Below are positions 49,301 to 64,000 of a stretch of 64,000 nucleotides of DNA, in pieces. Below the pieces are notes generated by a model. It did no database searches. It was not told where the DNA came from and saw only the letters and a list, made by a program, of their open reading frames with translations. The stretch covers positions 62,001-126,000 of the forward strand of contig JASANG010001276.1 of NCBI GenBank assembly GCA_030248215.1, written 5' to 3'. The position numbers and the translations under genes were made by a program. The stretch is from Enoplolaimus lenunculus. Lineage: Eukaryota. Position 1 is the stretch's first letter; each line of letters starts with the position of its first letter.

Positions 49301-49898
49301 TTCACTTTTGGTTTAAAAATAAATCTTGTGAACTTTTAGTCGTTTGAAAACGTTATCAAAGTTGATTTGAAATATAACACGCGGAAATTTAAAATTGACG
49401 CAGGTGTACTTAAAGTAGTCTGTTTTGACAGCGAAGTAAACGTTCACATTGTGAATGGTTTCCGGCTCATAGTTTCCGTTTCACTTTCCGTTGAAAGTTT
49501 TTCCATTTTTAGACCATATGTTTTTCTCAAATTGGTTTACAAGTTATGTGTGTTTATTAGCCGATTTGGAAGACATAAAATTCATTGAAACAGTGAATTT
49601 GCACCGTCAATTTTGCTGCATCGAAACAAAACAAAACATCGTTTCTAGCGAGTTGGCTACGAAACGTCCACAAATACAACTGTTGTTTAACACGTTTCGG
49701 TACTTTTACTTCGAAAAATAATAGGTCCCTTGTACGTCAGTACTAAATTACAAAATAGGCTTAGGTTTAGGCTTAAGCGTACAGGCTTTGAAACTTAATA
49801 TTTACTCAAATGTTGAGAAATTTTTCAGCGATTTATAAAATTATAAAAATGGCATTTCATATTTTGCTATGATACAGATTTATTGAGTACAATCGCAG

Positions 49899-52289
<2,391 letters not shown>

Positions 52290-52726
52290 TTTATTTTTTT
52301 ACCATCATGAACCGCAGAGATGGAACCTTGATACCGTCTTTGAAATTTTTACAGTTTTACACGATGAACAGTTTTTGATAACATTTCTCTGTAGTAGACT
52401 GCAACAGTTGCAAATAATGTAAATGTTACTGAGAATAGAATAATGCAGCAAAATGCTGACTGACCATTTACCATACCGTGTTTAAAATTTTCAGTTTGTA
52501 TTTATAGTACATCATTTTTTGGTACCTAATATTTTTCTAGACTGCCAAAGCTGCGACCAATGTAAATATAGTAAAAATAGAACAGTCATTAAAATATATT
52601 TGGATCCGGCAGTTTTTATCTACCGTTCCACCTCTGTCGTCTTAATACTCGATTAAATGTTGATTTTCTATTATATCACAAAACTGTCGCAGAATCTATC
52701 AAATTGGCACTGTTTGCTGATTTTAC

Positions 52727-53002
52727 AGCCCCATTCACACGTGCAGTTTTTGCTGCGACAACATGCAGCCGCAAATTTCACGCAGAACTTGCATTTTTGT
52801 CAACAGTCAATGACAAAGCGGCTGCAATAAATTTAGTGAACTTGCTTGGTTATTCACACATGTGAACAACATTCCTAGCTATGATTTTTAATGAACTTCA
52901 TTTACAGCTGCATGTTTTTCGAACAGGATTTTAAACAAAAAATGCGAGCGCTGGTTGCAGGTGCAAGTTCTCGCAACAAAACTTGCACGTTTGAATAGGG
53001 CT
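52727..53002. mobile_element. TIR element, PIF/Harbinger-like
   Basis: AGCCCCATTCACACGTGCA / TGCACGTTTGAATAGGGCT-TAA; a related end occurs at about 48480-48510. Confidence 0.6.
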
Positions 53003-53519
53003 TAATGTTTTCATTAGTTGAATTTTTACAGCTAAACTAGGTAGGTAGGTATGTTGCCAAAAGTTTAAATTTTGATGATTTTTTAAAACATTAAACGTTT
53101 ATAAGTCCTCTGCATTATCATCGGAAAAAACTTACTTGTTGAAACGGAAAAAATCGTGTTATTTTATCTGACAAAACTATTAGATTATTTTCTTCAAAAT
53201 AGAATTATAACTTCAAGTTGATTTATCAAACGTGCATTTATCATACGTATGCTTTAATGTTTATAAAAGCTTGCTTAACTGGAGCAAATCATATCCACTG
53301 TTTATAATATTGAATTCATTGTAAATGTTTGTACTTAAATTGGACATTTTAATAATCTATATCAATCTTGTCCATTTGAGATTACACTAATCTCAGTGTT
53401 TCACTAGCTTATTTTGTGAAAAACAAAACTGAAATCTCACAGCTTGAGTTTTATTACAGTTTTCAAACCGAAACGGCATGCTTAAATAGTTACAAGTAAA
53501 ACATTTACATTATTATTTT

Positions 53520-53694
53520 GGCCATGTATAGAACAAGGCCGGAACGTTATGCTGCGGGACTGCAATAGAGTAAAGCTCCAGCCTTAGAATATTTTTTCTC
53601 AGGCTTTAGGCAAGGTATATATAAGCTCATCCTTACGCTTTAGGCTTGGGAGTATGCTTATACTACTGTTCCAGCCCTTTTCAATACATGGGCC
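53520..53694. mobile_element. Telomeric-repeat MITE, type A, just 3' of the tetraspanin stop codon
   Basis: GGCCATGTATAGAACAAGGCCGGAAC / CAATACATGGGCC. Confidence 0.8.
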
Positions 53695-53741
53695 ATTATT
53701 ATTGTCATCGTCATTGACAGCACTTGGCACAAATATCGACT

Positions 53742-56700
53742 CTATACTACAAGTCGACGCTCAACACTGATACGACGTCTTAGATACAATGAGCAAACAA
53801 CACCAAAAACCTAAAAAAAAGTTGCAACAAAACATCAGTAAACATTAATTATTCTTAAAATTAGTTTCGAAACAGTGCGCTTGTAAAAGGATTTGAATCA
53901 AATATGGCAATTTTGGACCGTTGCAAAAACCAATGAACACAGGCTAAAACCGACTATACGCCACATTGCCGTGTTCCTAACTCCTGTAAAGCGTTATAAT
54001 ATTTGATTTGTTCACTGAGCGACAACGAGATAACCTGTGTTTGTACCCTAATCTACATATATAAACTACACTGCAAAAAATGGTTAGCCAAAATGGCTAA
54101 TTTGACTATGGCCGAGTCGAATTTTGACTCAGTTTGTGCAGTCAGGAAAAGCCTATTTCGGAGAGAGTCAATTTGACTCATCATTTTTTACAGTGATGCA
54201 TTACGATGCATATATACCTATCTTGAAACGCCTGGGCCAAAAAATCGGACCTGTTAACAGCCTGAGTTGAGACAACTTCCTAATGTGACCTAGCACACTC
54301 TTATACAGATCTATAGTTGAAAGAACAAGCGGTCTACATTTCGCGATCTGGTGTATGTCAAACATTTTGAACTGGCAGTAAAAATGAACTGTACCTGAAC
54401 TATTGCAACTCCGATGCCAACAATAACGATAATATTGGTTCGATCCAAAATGGCTTGTTTGATCACTATGTAGCATGGCTTAAACCAATAAAATGTGGTT
54501 ATTTAAAATCACACGAGGTTTATTAAGCATACCAATCAACCCTTGGTTCCAAAATCATTACAGATACTCAGTAAGAATTTTGTCATTAACCCTTTCTCAC
54601 ATGAATATTTGTGATTTCACATGAAATGTAATTCCAAGGTGAGATTTGATCCCCAGTCTCACGGGTGGGAGGTGTTTACGATGACCACTGAACTATAGGA
54701 GCTTGACGCTCGAGCCCGAGTGGGCTGTCACGTCTTGTGGAGATTTTACACTGCGCATACATGTTATAAATGTTAAACACTGCTCACAGTGTGCGTATTG
54801 CTCGTACATTATTGTATATATTTAGTTGCTCATAGTATACTCTATGAGTGAAAGGGATCAGTTTCAACTATTCAAGTTTGTGTAAACTGCTTTAATAATG
54901 AACCATTGTCTTAACCCCTTCTCACATTAAGTTGCCTATAGGCAACTCAGCGCAGTGTATATACGGTAAATAATATATCGCACCGTGTTTAACAATTGCA
55001 ATACGTATACATAGTACTAAATCACCACAAGACGTGAGAGCCCCCTCGGGCTCGAGCGTCAAGCTCCTATAGCTGAGTGGTGATGGTATACGCCTCCCAC
55101 TCCAGTCACTGGAGTTCGAATCCTAGCATAAAAGTAGGTGTCGTGGGAAATAGAAAATTTTCATGTGAGAAAGGGTTAAGCGAAAAATTTTCCACTTTAC
55201 TATCTATAATTAAACATTTCTTAGAGAAATTAATGCACAAAAATTTGGTGAAAGTACAACAAGAAACATTTTTATAAACGTAGAACTCATTTTAACAAAA
55301 CCGACAAACATTTACCGTTTTGACGAACGTGGAATTTGTTTCATGGCACATGACGCTATTGTCTGAAGAGCCACAGCATACTGGAGGAAAGTCGACTTTT
55401 CGGCGAAGTTTTTGCCTCGATTGATCGTACCATTTGGTTACAGTAAATTCTCGTGATTTTGCTCCAGCTCCACAGCAGCGATACTAAAACAAAAACGACA
55501 TGTTATGACCTCCTACGTTTCTATTGGCGCACTAAAGTTACACTGCAAAAAATGGTGAATCAAATTGACTCTCTCCGAAATTGGCTCTACGGGACTACGC
55601 AAACTGAGTCAAATTCGACGCCGCCAGAGTCAAACATGCGACTCAGTGAGTCAAGTTTGACTCTGACAGAGTCGAATTTGATTCATTTTGTGTAGTCCCG
55701 TAGAGCCTGTTTGGGAGAGAGACAATTTGATTCACCATTTTTTGCAGTGAACACCGGCTTGGACAACGTTCTGATTTTGAGAAAGCCACATTGACTATTT
55801 TTTAGTATATGTGGTTTTGCATTTAAGTCCGCTTATTTCAACTAGCATTTATCAAAGTTATTAAAGGAGGTAATGGCCCGCCTGTTACCCCTCTTCGCGG
55901 CTACGCCCTTGACCAAATAAAAACACTACAAAGAAAAATTTATTTGAAATTTGTAAACTACTTTAAGCATAAATGCATCCCACGAGCGTTTTCCTTCGCC
56001 ATCATAGTCATACACGTCTTTTAGATGCTGACGCAAACCTTTTTTCAGTTGGCCTTCTGCCTGAAACTACTTAAATTTGTTTGGGTTATCAGAAAACACA
56101 TGCAACCTGCTGTAGTGACCAGAATAACAGGCGGATAATAATATGAGGTCCCCATTTTAACTACTAATCAACAGAAGTCCGTACGTCTAATAAGCGTCCG
56201 TAAGCGGAAAGACTCCGTGTTTTAGAGTTCATAAATGCCAATTATCTCTAATTGGTGTGCATAAATGAATCTAAGACCAAATAAGGTTGAGTTCGAAACT
56301 TTAAAGTAGACTTAATTTTGAAACAATTAAATAAGTAATTAGAAGTGATTATTTATCTGTTTTATAAAAGCACAACACGGAATTTTCGTGCACGACGCAC
56401 GAATTATATTTTCACTATTACGTGGTCAAAATTCTTTATTATATACATAAGGAGTTGTGCACTTGAATATATGCATCAAAAAAACTGGCCAATGTTACTT
56501 TTACGGGCATAACAGTAGATCAAGCGTATTCCTAAACCTTAGCCTAAGCCTAAAGCGTTAGCAAACAAATGTAATCTAAAATCTAAACCTACTGTTTTAC
56601 AGACCCACCATAAACCTGGACGCCCCTACAAGTAAAATGGGCCAAAAACCGTATCAAGTGCTTGCAATAAAATATATGGTTCAAATACGAAGATAACGAC

Positions 56701-57633
56701 AGTTTTAACGCATCCTACAGTCAATGTTTGCTTTTCATCACTAGAAATTTAATACCCATCGACAGTCCAGACGTGCGAATCGACATGCTCTATTTTTGTG
56801 ATCAACATAAGTTGTGACATAAAAAGATCCACAAACTGATGGACAGAAATACATCGATAGCGCATTCTGACCGCGGTATAATTTTCCAAAACTCACCACG
56901 TGCCTACAAATTGTTTACGGACATGTATAGCCTTCCGGTCAGCTCCAAGTCGCAGCTTCGAATATCGCTCAAACATTTTTTCCGTATACTTCTGTGGTTA
57001 CCACTATAGGTATGTATAATAAGGTTACGTATCTTCGTGTTGAAACCATTTTACCTGCACAAGGCTTTGTCATGTACGTTCACATTTTGTAAAATTAGAA
57101 TGCCAACCTGTACTTCTGGAAATTATAGAGCTAAACTGGAAAAGTGTCAAATAGGTTTCGTGCCGTTTGTGCCCAGCATATGTTCGTAAATTTTTTCGGG
57201 TTCCCCAAATCTGACTGCGTAGCTTTCACTAATGATGCAACAATCACCTGCACATAAGAAATAAAATTGTAAAACCCTGGTGTGCTCGATGGACAACTTA
57301 CTTCGGTTCCTGTAACTGCAACAAAAATGGCTGCAGAAAATTCAACTGCTAAAATGAGCAACAGCAGAAAGGCATACTGAAAATAAAAATCAATATGTAT
57401 AAAAGTGATTAGCGTACCGATCCGTATTATATATAGTAGGTATAGATTTCGAGAACGTTGCCTACCAAAGTATGAAATTACCGTCTATTCTTATAACGTA
57501 TAGTAATCAAAACCAGAAACCTTCAATTTGAAACAAAACCCCCAAGCTTGACAGAAAATTCCATGAACCTATAATAATAATTAAATAATAATAATTATTA
57601 TTATTATAATATACTAAAAATAATAATAATAAC

Positions 57634-57667
<34 letters not shown>

Positions 57668-60600
57668 TTGATGCCACTTGATTCTCTATGAAAATCCATT
57701 TCAATGTTTGTAATGTCAGCTACTTTAGCTCTTCTGATTTTTATCCAGACAAATCATAAGATTTTTAATATCAACTTCAAAATGCCAAGCCCACGCTACA
57801 ATATATAAGCTGCGTATACGGCAAATGTATCAATCTACTCAAAAGCAAATACCGTTAAAGTCGACCTAACTACAATTCACTAGCAATCAAATAATTGTTC
57901 AGTCGGATATGGCCTTTAAATGAATGTTGCTTCATAACCATTATGTCTAAAGTTTTTGACAATGCAAATTTAAGTACGAAATATTTTATCATTTCTATAG
58001 AAACTTTTCGAGGCCAGATATTAAACTCTTACAAAAGCTAGAATTTTCGAAAACACGTTTTATATGTTAATGGTCACAAAACGGCTTATTGCAATGTTTG
58101 GCGTAAAAATTTTGTTTAAAGGTGGTTTGACCATTTTAGTAGCAAATCCTGTCAAAATTACAAAGCGTTTTTCGCATTTTTAAGAAGCAGTTTTGAAACG
58201 ACGTTTTGACACGCGCTATAAATAGCGTCTACTGTGATAGCATTCTGCTACACTAGCGGTTCATTTCAGCGTTCTGAAAAATGCTGTGTGTAACGGTTCA
58301 AACCGCTTCAAATATCCGGTTTTCTTGCATAATTCTAAAATTTTAAGACTTACAACGAGCAGCATAACTCGCCATTCTTTCAACGCACCACAACAGCCAA
58401 TGAATGTGACTACAAATACAACAATTCCGGTCACTAGTAACGTAAACCCGGCGTATCGAATGAGCATTGTTTGACGCTGCAAAAACTGAACATCTGTATT
58501 TTCCTAAAAAACACATAACGAACTTGACATATTTTCATTTAATTGAACTATCGTTCAAATACTGCGTGGATTCATGGATACCTGTTTGTGTGAAATTGAT
58601 GCTGTTCATTAGCAAAATGGTGTATATTCCTTTAGCATAAGTTGGACGGCAATGTAATACTTTAAGGTGTCGTAAACAGTAGATTAAGCGTATTCCTAAG
58701 CATAAGCTTAAGCGTTGCAAAAATGTGTTCGTAAGCCTAAGCATAAGCGTAAGCCTATGCAAAATATGTAATCTAGAATCTAAACCTACTTGTTTTATAG
58801 ACCCACCAAAAACCTAGACGCCCCTTGAAGTAACATGGGCCAGTTGGACAGCGTCAATTTTTAGCGACATCATTTTGTACTTTTCAGCATAATCGACTAA
58901 ATATTTCCATCGTTTTGGAAGCGAAAAAATTGTGTCGAAAACTGGCAATTTAAGCGAGTTAACGCGGATAGTTGAAAGCTGACTGGTTCAGATTTATAAT
59001 CTACATAGAAGTTTCATTATATTTGCTTTTTTAGAATGTTAACTTTCCAAATTTTGATTACTATCCTGATGTAGATTTGAAATATTGCCACGATTTAGTT
59101 TACGCGCACCTGGTAAGTGTTTAAATATATGTACATACTACCAAGAGTGGATAATCACTATTTAACAAGAGTGGTGCAACTGGGCACATTCTGTGAAGAA
59201 AACAACGCACCCGGCACACGTTGCGTTTTTGCTACTCCCCCTCTTTATTTAGGGGGGTACAACCGGTGCGAAAACTGACACTATGTATGCGACATCAAGC
59301 ATGATCCCGTTATAGTTTAATTTAGGGGTATTCATGTGAAAGCGACCCCCATCTAAACAAAGGGGGGGTCGGTCGGCCAAAAACGCAACGCCCGGTGTTA
59401 CATTTTGTACCATGCGTGACCCTAAGAGTTGCACATTCTTGTCATTACCCACTCTTGATACAACCAAACTATAGCCGGTCAAGTAGGTACTGTACAACCT
59501 TTAATTCTACTCGATACCTTTTGGTTATCGTTCCCGCATGAAGACTAAAACATCTAGCGACTGATTTGCCAACTTTTAAAACAAACAAATCAACTTTGTT
59601 TTGAGACTGCAGAATTTCGAAAAATGTTTAGTTTTCGAACCAGCTGTTTATTTCAAATATTAACCAAATAAGCGCATCGTTACGATCAAAACAGAGCAAA
59701 TTAATTTTTCTTGAGTTTTTAATATTGGCAATGTCGCATTATCACAATACGCCTGCGCAATATTTGTTTTGCGCACCTTTTTTGACATATCGTAGTTTTT
59801 TTATCAAAACCACAAATTTGTTGCGGGTTTTGGCCTGCTTTTATATAAATATTGTGACGATTAATTTTTGACTTTTAAAGACTTTGCGTACAATGTACCG
59901 CATTTGAACGCGGTTTCCGAAAATTTGCGCAACATCGAACGATAAAATATACAATTTATGAAACGCTGGAATAAAATATCAAATTTAAGTTTGATAGACG
60001 TCATACTGAAAGCATAGAATTTAAATGAAAAATGCAAATGCAACGTTTGCTGTAACTGATATATAGTACAGTCATGGTAGAGAAAAAACACGTAGGTTTA
60101 TTCAGATCTTTACCTCTACAGGCTATCAAAGCAGACTAAATTAAATTTACACTTCGTTACATTATGAAAAACCTATACTTGTTTGAATCTTTTAGCCACA
60201 GTGTTTACAAAAAAGTATACAATACTGAAACCCAACCGCAATAAACGATCGCAAAGGTTTTTGTGTCCGGCTGTCGTGTTAAACCTAAAGTAATTGCTGC
60301 TCACTGTTGGTACTACCATTGAAGGGTTGGTTCAGGGTGCCACACCGGATATCCGGCTCTGGCTCCGTCAGTATTTGGTATACGGTCGTACCCTGGTAAT
60401 ACTGAGTCCATTACCTGATTATTGTTCGATTTGATTACCGAGGCAAACTTGTAACCGGCTTGTTCATCGACAGCTAACCAAATGCCAATCGCAATTGAAA
60501 TAATTGCCAAAATCTGCAAAAACCATAACTATGGACGCAGATAGCTATCTACATTTGCTATTTGCAGACTATAGTCTCACATAAGAGTTTTGAAATAAAA

Positions 60601-61271
60601 ATTTCGTCACACGAATCGGTAAAAATGTCCATTTATGAGCACAATTATGCGATTAAAAATAGACTCAAAATTCACATCAAAGAAAACAGATAGCATGAGA
60701 GCGCTTAATGCTATTTTGCATCTTTTTTCATATGAAAATTCATATATGCATAATAGGTAGGTATATGCCTTGCTTGCATTAGAAATGGCCAATTTGATGG
60801 TCATAACAGTAGTCAAAGCATAGTCAAGCCTATGCTTGTTAAGCTGCCGAAAAAATTAGTCTAAAGTTTAAGCTTACTCTATTGAAGTCCTGCGAGAGAT
60901 CAGCGCATGGGTGTTAGAAATAATTATGCTAGAAAATATTAGTTCACAATAAAAACACGTTTACTAAACACCACTGCGTGTGTCGTGTCATGAACCCGTA
61001 TTTTAAAGTTTCTCAGTTGCTAACTGGGATACCTGACGACAAATGTTGTTTAACATAATAGTTTGTACTGCAATATTATTCTCTGATCGTTATATTTTGA
61101 GTAATTGATTTGGCCATTCAAGTATAAAAATAAAGTTTATTCTGATGTAAAAATTGATAAATCGTTGGCGATGAGTCGACGAGGTATATATAGGATTAAA
61201 CTTACAAAAAACAAAAGATTTAACGCAAACAAAATGTATTTCAGCACCCTAGCTCCAACATGACGAACCAT
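53742..61271 (-). CDS. Tetraspanin, 8 exons, 269 aa
   Basis: Exons (minus strand) 61271-61206, 60513-60415, 58503-58354, 57376-57302, 56060-55962, 55483-55316, 54478-54395, 53810-53742 (810 nt). Shows LKYILFALNLLFF (TM1), FIGCCGALKE after TM2, TM3 with Glu, a large loop with YRCCG, FPPVCC, C and PC (6 Cys), and TM4 ending IVQVFGVVCSL. Confidence 0.93.
54590..54856. mobile_element. piggyBac-like MITE with tRNA-like core (core on minus strand)
   Basis: TTAA-CCCTTTCTCACAT...ATGAGTGAAAGGG; inverted relative to 54915-55175. Confidence 0.75.
54915..55175. mobile_element. piggyBac-like MITE with tRNA-like core (core on plus strand)
   Basis: TTAA-CCCCTTCTCACAT...ATGTGAGAAAGGG-TTAA; internal A box TAGCTGAGTGG (55070-55080) and B box GGAGTTCGAATCC (55111-55123). 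Confidence 0.82.
55541..55749. mobile_element. Palindromic CACTG-ended MITE
   Basis: CACTGCAAAAAATGGTGAATCAAATTG...CAATTTGATTCACCATTTTTTGCAGTG; shorter or half copies at about 970-1080, 28672-28778 and 54069-54195. Confidence 0.85.
56487..56643. mobile_element. Telomeric-repeat MITE, type B
   Basis: GGCCAATGTTACTTTTACGGGC / GCCCCTACAAGTAAAATGGGCC. Confidence 0.8.
57570..57666. repeat. (AAT)n microsatellite region
   Basis: Interrupted AAT/ATT runs. Confidence 0.85.
58648..58841. mobile_element. Telomeric-repeat MITE, type B
   Basis: GGCAATGTAATACTTTAAGG / GCCCCTTGAAGTAACATGGGCC, perfect TSD AGTTGGAC. Confidence 0.85.
59141..59458. mobile_element. TA-flanked MITE (CAAGAGTGGATAAT TIR family)
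   Basis: TA-CCAAGAGTGGATAAT...ATTACCCACTCTTGA-TA; partial relatives at about 48233-48425 and 40950-41035. Confidence 0.72.
60787..60913. mobile_element. Highly degenerate telomeric-repeat MITE
   Basis: GGCCAAT...AGTCTAAAGTTTAAGCTTACTCTATTG...CATGGGTG with perfect TSD TTAGAAAT. Confidence 0.7.
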
Positions 61272-61548
61272 TTCGTACTGAGATGAAGAAACAATAATAC
61301 AGTAATTGTATGTCGTAAAGTGTCATTAACAACAATATTCGACCAAATTTAATTTAATTGCACCTAAAGAACTTCAACATATATAGCATTCAAACGTTTC
61401 GATTTAACTTTGAGATGCTTTGAACAAGCGAAAGGTGTTGAACTGCAAAAAATGAAATACTTTTCGTTGCATTGGAATAACGTACTTGTTTTAAAAACAC
61501 ACTAAAATACCAGATTTAATCGATTGCTATAGCTTTTATGATGATTTG

Positions 61549-61733
61549 GGTCCATGTTACTTTAAGGGTGTTCAGGTTTCTGCTGAGTCTGTAAAAGAGT
61601 ATGTTTAGATCTTAGATTAAATTTTCCTTCTCAGGCTTAAACTTAGGATTAGGCACTCATTTTTGCAACGCTTAGCCTTAGGCTTAGGAATACGCTTTAA
61701 TCTACTGTTACGCCCCTAAAAGTAATATTGGCC
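61549..61733. mobile_element. Telomeric-repeat MITE, type B, upstream of the tetraspanin
   Basis: GGTCCATGTTACTTTAAGGG / CGCCCCTAAAAGTAATATTGGCC with TTAGGC variants. Confidence 0.82.
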
Positions 61734-62807
61734 ACAATTAGGTTAAAAATTTTAAACATTCTTTAGGTTTAATTTGCAATAGATTTCAACAATGTAAACG
61801 GTAAATCAAACCAATTCTTCAACAGTACTTCTTACAACCATTCAAATACCGTTTTGACGCAATTCATACACTTTAAAACAATTTACTGCAATAACTTGAA
61901 ATCCCAAGTTTCAACTTAAAAATCAAACCCTGTTTAGTTCTAAAAGTACAACTTTTACTGAGATGAAGATGACACAAAAAACGTCATTTATGTGTCAAAA
62001 GCTCCAAACAACTGCCGGCTTACGGGTCAGACATAAAGGGGTAAAATGTCCAAACAGATTTTTTACAAATAATGAACACCGGAACGTGATAATAAGCGTG
62101 TATTTTGTGTTGAGTTTGCGCGAAAAATGGCATTTGGAGGGCGTAATCAAACCAATAGTGCATCAAAAAAAATTTTGAAAACGAACCAATAACAGTCAGT
62201 TGCTTTCAGCGCATTCTATAAAAACATATACCAGCTGATTGAGTCAATATTTTGTGTTTTATGTTTATACCTGGTAAAGAAACATTTTTCTTTGGCAAAA
62301 TGTGAATGTTAACAAATTTACCATACGTTCTGATTTGATTAATTATGCACTACGAACTCGTTTCTATTAACTTTTATGGTATAGAACCAATTGAAAATCA
62401 TATGCTGCTAACTGGTCACTCATGGGAAAAGTAGGCTAAACATGTTACCTATTTAAGAACAAGAGCAGATGAGATCAGTTTGAATCAAAAGTATGCAACA
62501 CAATGCAAAGTGTTTAACAGTTTATATACGAATGTGCAGTACACAATCTTAAGAAAGACAGGCAAACCAAAAAAGGTAGGCCATCAAGATTGTATAGCTA
62601 AGTGATGATGGTAAATGCTTCGCATCTGCATGCCTTGTGGTTCGAATCCGAGGCTAGTGAAATAACAAAATATCCATGCGAGAATAGGTCACTGTTGCGT
62701 TATACTCGCCGCGCGCTGCAAGACTCCGCCACTCACCGCCGAATACCACTGCGTGTCACCAAATAGATTTTGCCTATATTTTTGTGAGCAACGTATAGCG
62801 TTGTCAC

Positions 62808-62940
62808 TAGTGATGGGCAACGAATATTTTTTCATATCCGGATATCCGGCAATTCTTGCCAGATATTTATCCAGATATCCGGATATCCGTATATATCCGG
62901 ATATCCGAAATGAAATTTTCTATTTCGGATATCCGAAACT
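62808..62940. repeat. ATATCCGG-rich repeat after a TAGTGATGGGC end (hAT-like fragment)
   Basis: Multiple CCGGATATCC units following TAGTGATGGGC. Confidence 0.5.
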
Positions 62941-63093
62941 CAATTTTGTGTTTTTTGAGTTTCCGAACCTCAATTTTCGTTTCTTAACCTCTTGTTTTAA
63001 CTTGTTGCTCAAAAGGAAGTACCCTGACCCTCAAGCAAATTGATATGAGCATAAAAGATACAATTTTAAAAATCGGTATTTATTATCCCAGTA

Positions 63094-63492
63094 CTGTAGT
63101 GACCAGAATAAGAGGCAGTACCCAGTTACCAATTTAGAGTCCCAATCAATAGGAGTCAGTCCCTAAACCCTAATCAGAGTCCATAAATGTCAATTTTTCC
63201 TAATTGTAGCGCATAAATGGCTCCAGAACCAAATAAAGGTCAGTTCAAGACTTTGAAGCGTACTTAAGTTTTCAAAGTACGTTCCTAAACCTTGCATTAT
63301 GGCTAAAGCTTTTGATACAAGGCAAATAAACATTCAATTCAAGGGTTAGTTACAATACCGCATATGTGTAACGAAGTGTGGCGGAGGACGGGATAAAAAT
63401 AAATAACAGTCCGTAACCGAATAACAGGGGGTACCCTCTGGAGAGGTCAAATAAATATCAGTCCCCCCTCTTATTCGGGTCACTCACTACAA
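63094..63492. mobile_element. TA-flanked MITE (CTGTAGTGAC family), opposite orientation to 41086
   Basis: TA-CTGTAGTGACCAGAATAAGAGG...CCTCTTATTCGGGTCACT; the interior is the reverse complement of 41086-41489. Confidence 0.8.
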
Positions 63493-64000
63493 TACCTCAA
63501 TAGTTCTGGGTATTCAGTTTAGAAGATTGCTACAGACTACTAAATAAATACTTGCGTTGACAACTTAAAATTGAGTTGATTTGGCTTGTCCTTTGCCTTA
63601 TTTAAACCTCTGCAATAAGGATTCCATCGAATATAACCTTTTCCTCGAAATATATATATACTTGAATCGTTTTAGTTCCAAGAACAAAGAACCAGATTGA
63701 AATACACTTACGCTAAGTCGTACAAACGTCAGCCCGTTTTATACTGGTGTCGCGCTTTCAGCAGCGGATACAGAAATTTCTAAATGGGCCTGATGGTAAA
63801 TATTTTGAAACGCAATTTTTTTCCAAAAATTTTCTCAGCGGGAAAATTGTAAGGTAGGACACTATTTTATAACGAAAGTATTATGATGAGTAGACAAATT
63901 GTAAGGTAATGAATGACCATATCATTTTATCACAAAAAATTTATGTGGGGAGGGGGACAAATTGTAAGGTAGGGGTCCTTAGATATTTTTCTTGTCCGGA

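Noticed and set aside
49491..49721. Upstream coding exon of the peptidase-like gene
   Set aside because: The plausible donor at 49699 is phase 2 and gives a stop with either downstream acceptor; it could only be a non-coding exon.
53954..54034. Alternative last tetraspanin exon (VISLSLSEQIKYYNALQELGTRQCGV)
   Set aside because: Weak acceptor without a pyrimidine tract and poor completion of TM4; 53810-53742 has a strong acceptor and a typical TM4 end.

Overview
AT-rich, intron-containing eukaryotic genomic DNA, very likely from a nematode. The LSM14 N-terminus is close to C. elegans CAR-1, and the nematode telomeric hexamer TTAGGC occurs throughout. I reconstructed four spliced genes by hand with consistent GT-AG junctions and phases: (1) LSM14/CAR-1, + strand, 10 exons, 5196-15351, 587 aa; (2) a GH56 hyaluronidase/chondroitinase with a long Thr/Ser/Asn-rich stalk and a hydrophobic C-terminal tail, - strand, 6 exons, 29816-22719, 974 aa; (3) a 260-aa protein with a caspase/legumain-like (clan CD) His-Gly...Cys signature that fits no canonical family I recognise, + strand, 3 exons, 49899-52289; (4) a tetraspanin, - strand, 8 exons, 61271-53742, 269 aa. 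Non-coding DNA is packed with non-autonomous DNA transposons (MITEs). These include about 23 copies of a GGCC-ended element with 8-bp target duplications (Merlin-like), most carrying TTAGGC telomeric arrays; TTAA-flanked piggyBac-like elements with an internal tRNA-like Pol III promoter; palindromic CACTG elements rich in TGAGTCA; and TA-flanked and hAT-like families. No CRISPR, rRNA, convincing functional tRNA or transposase was found. All assignments come from motif recognition; no database search was run.
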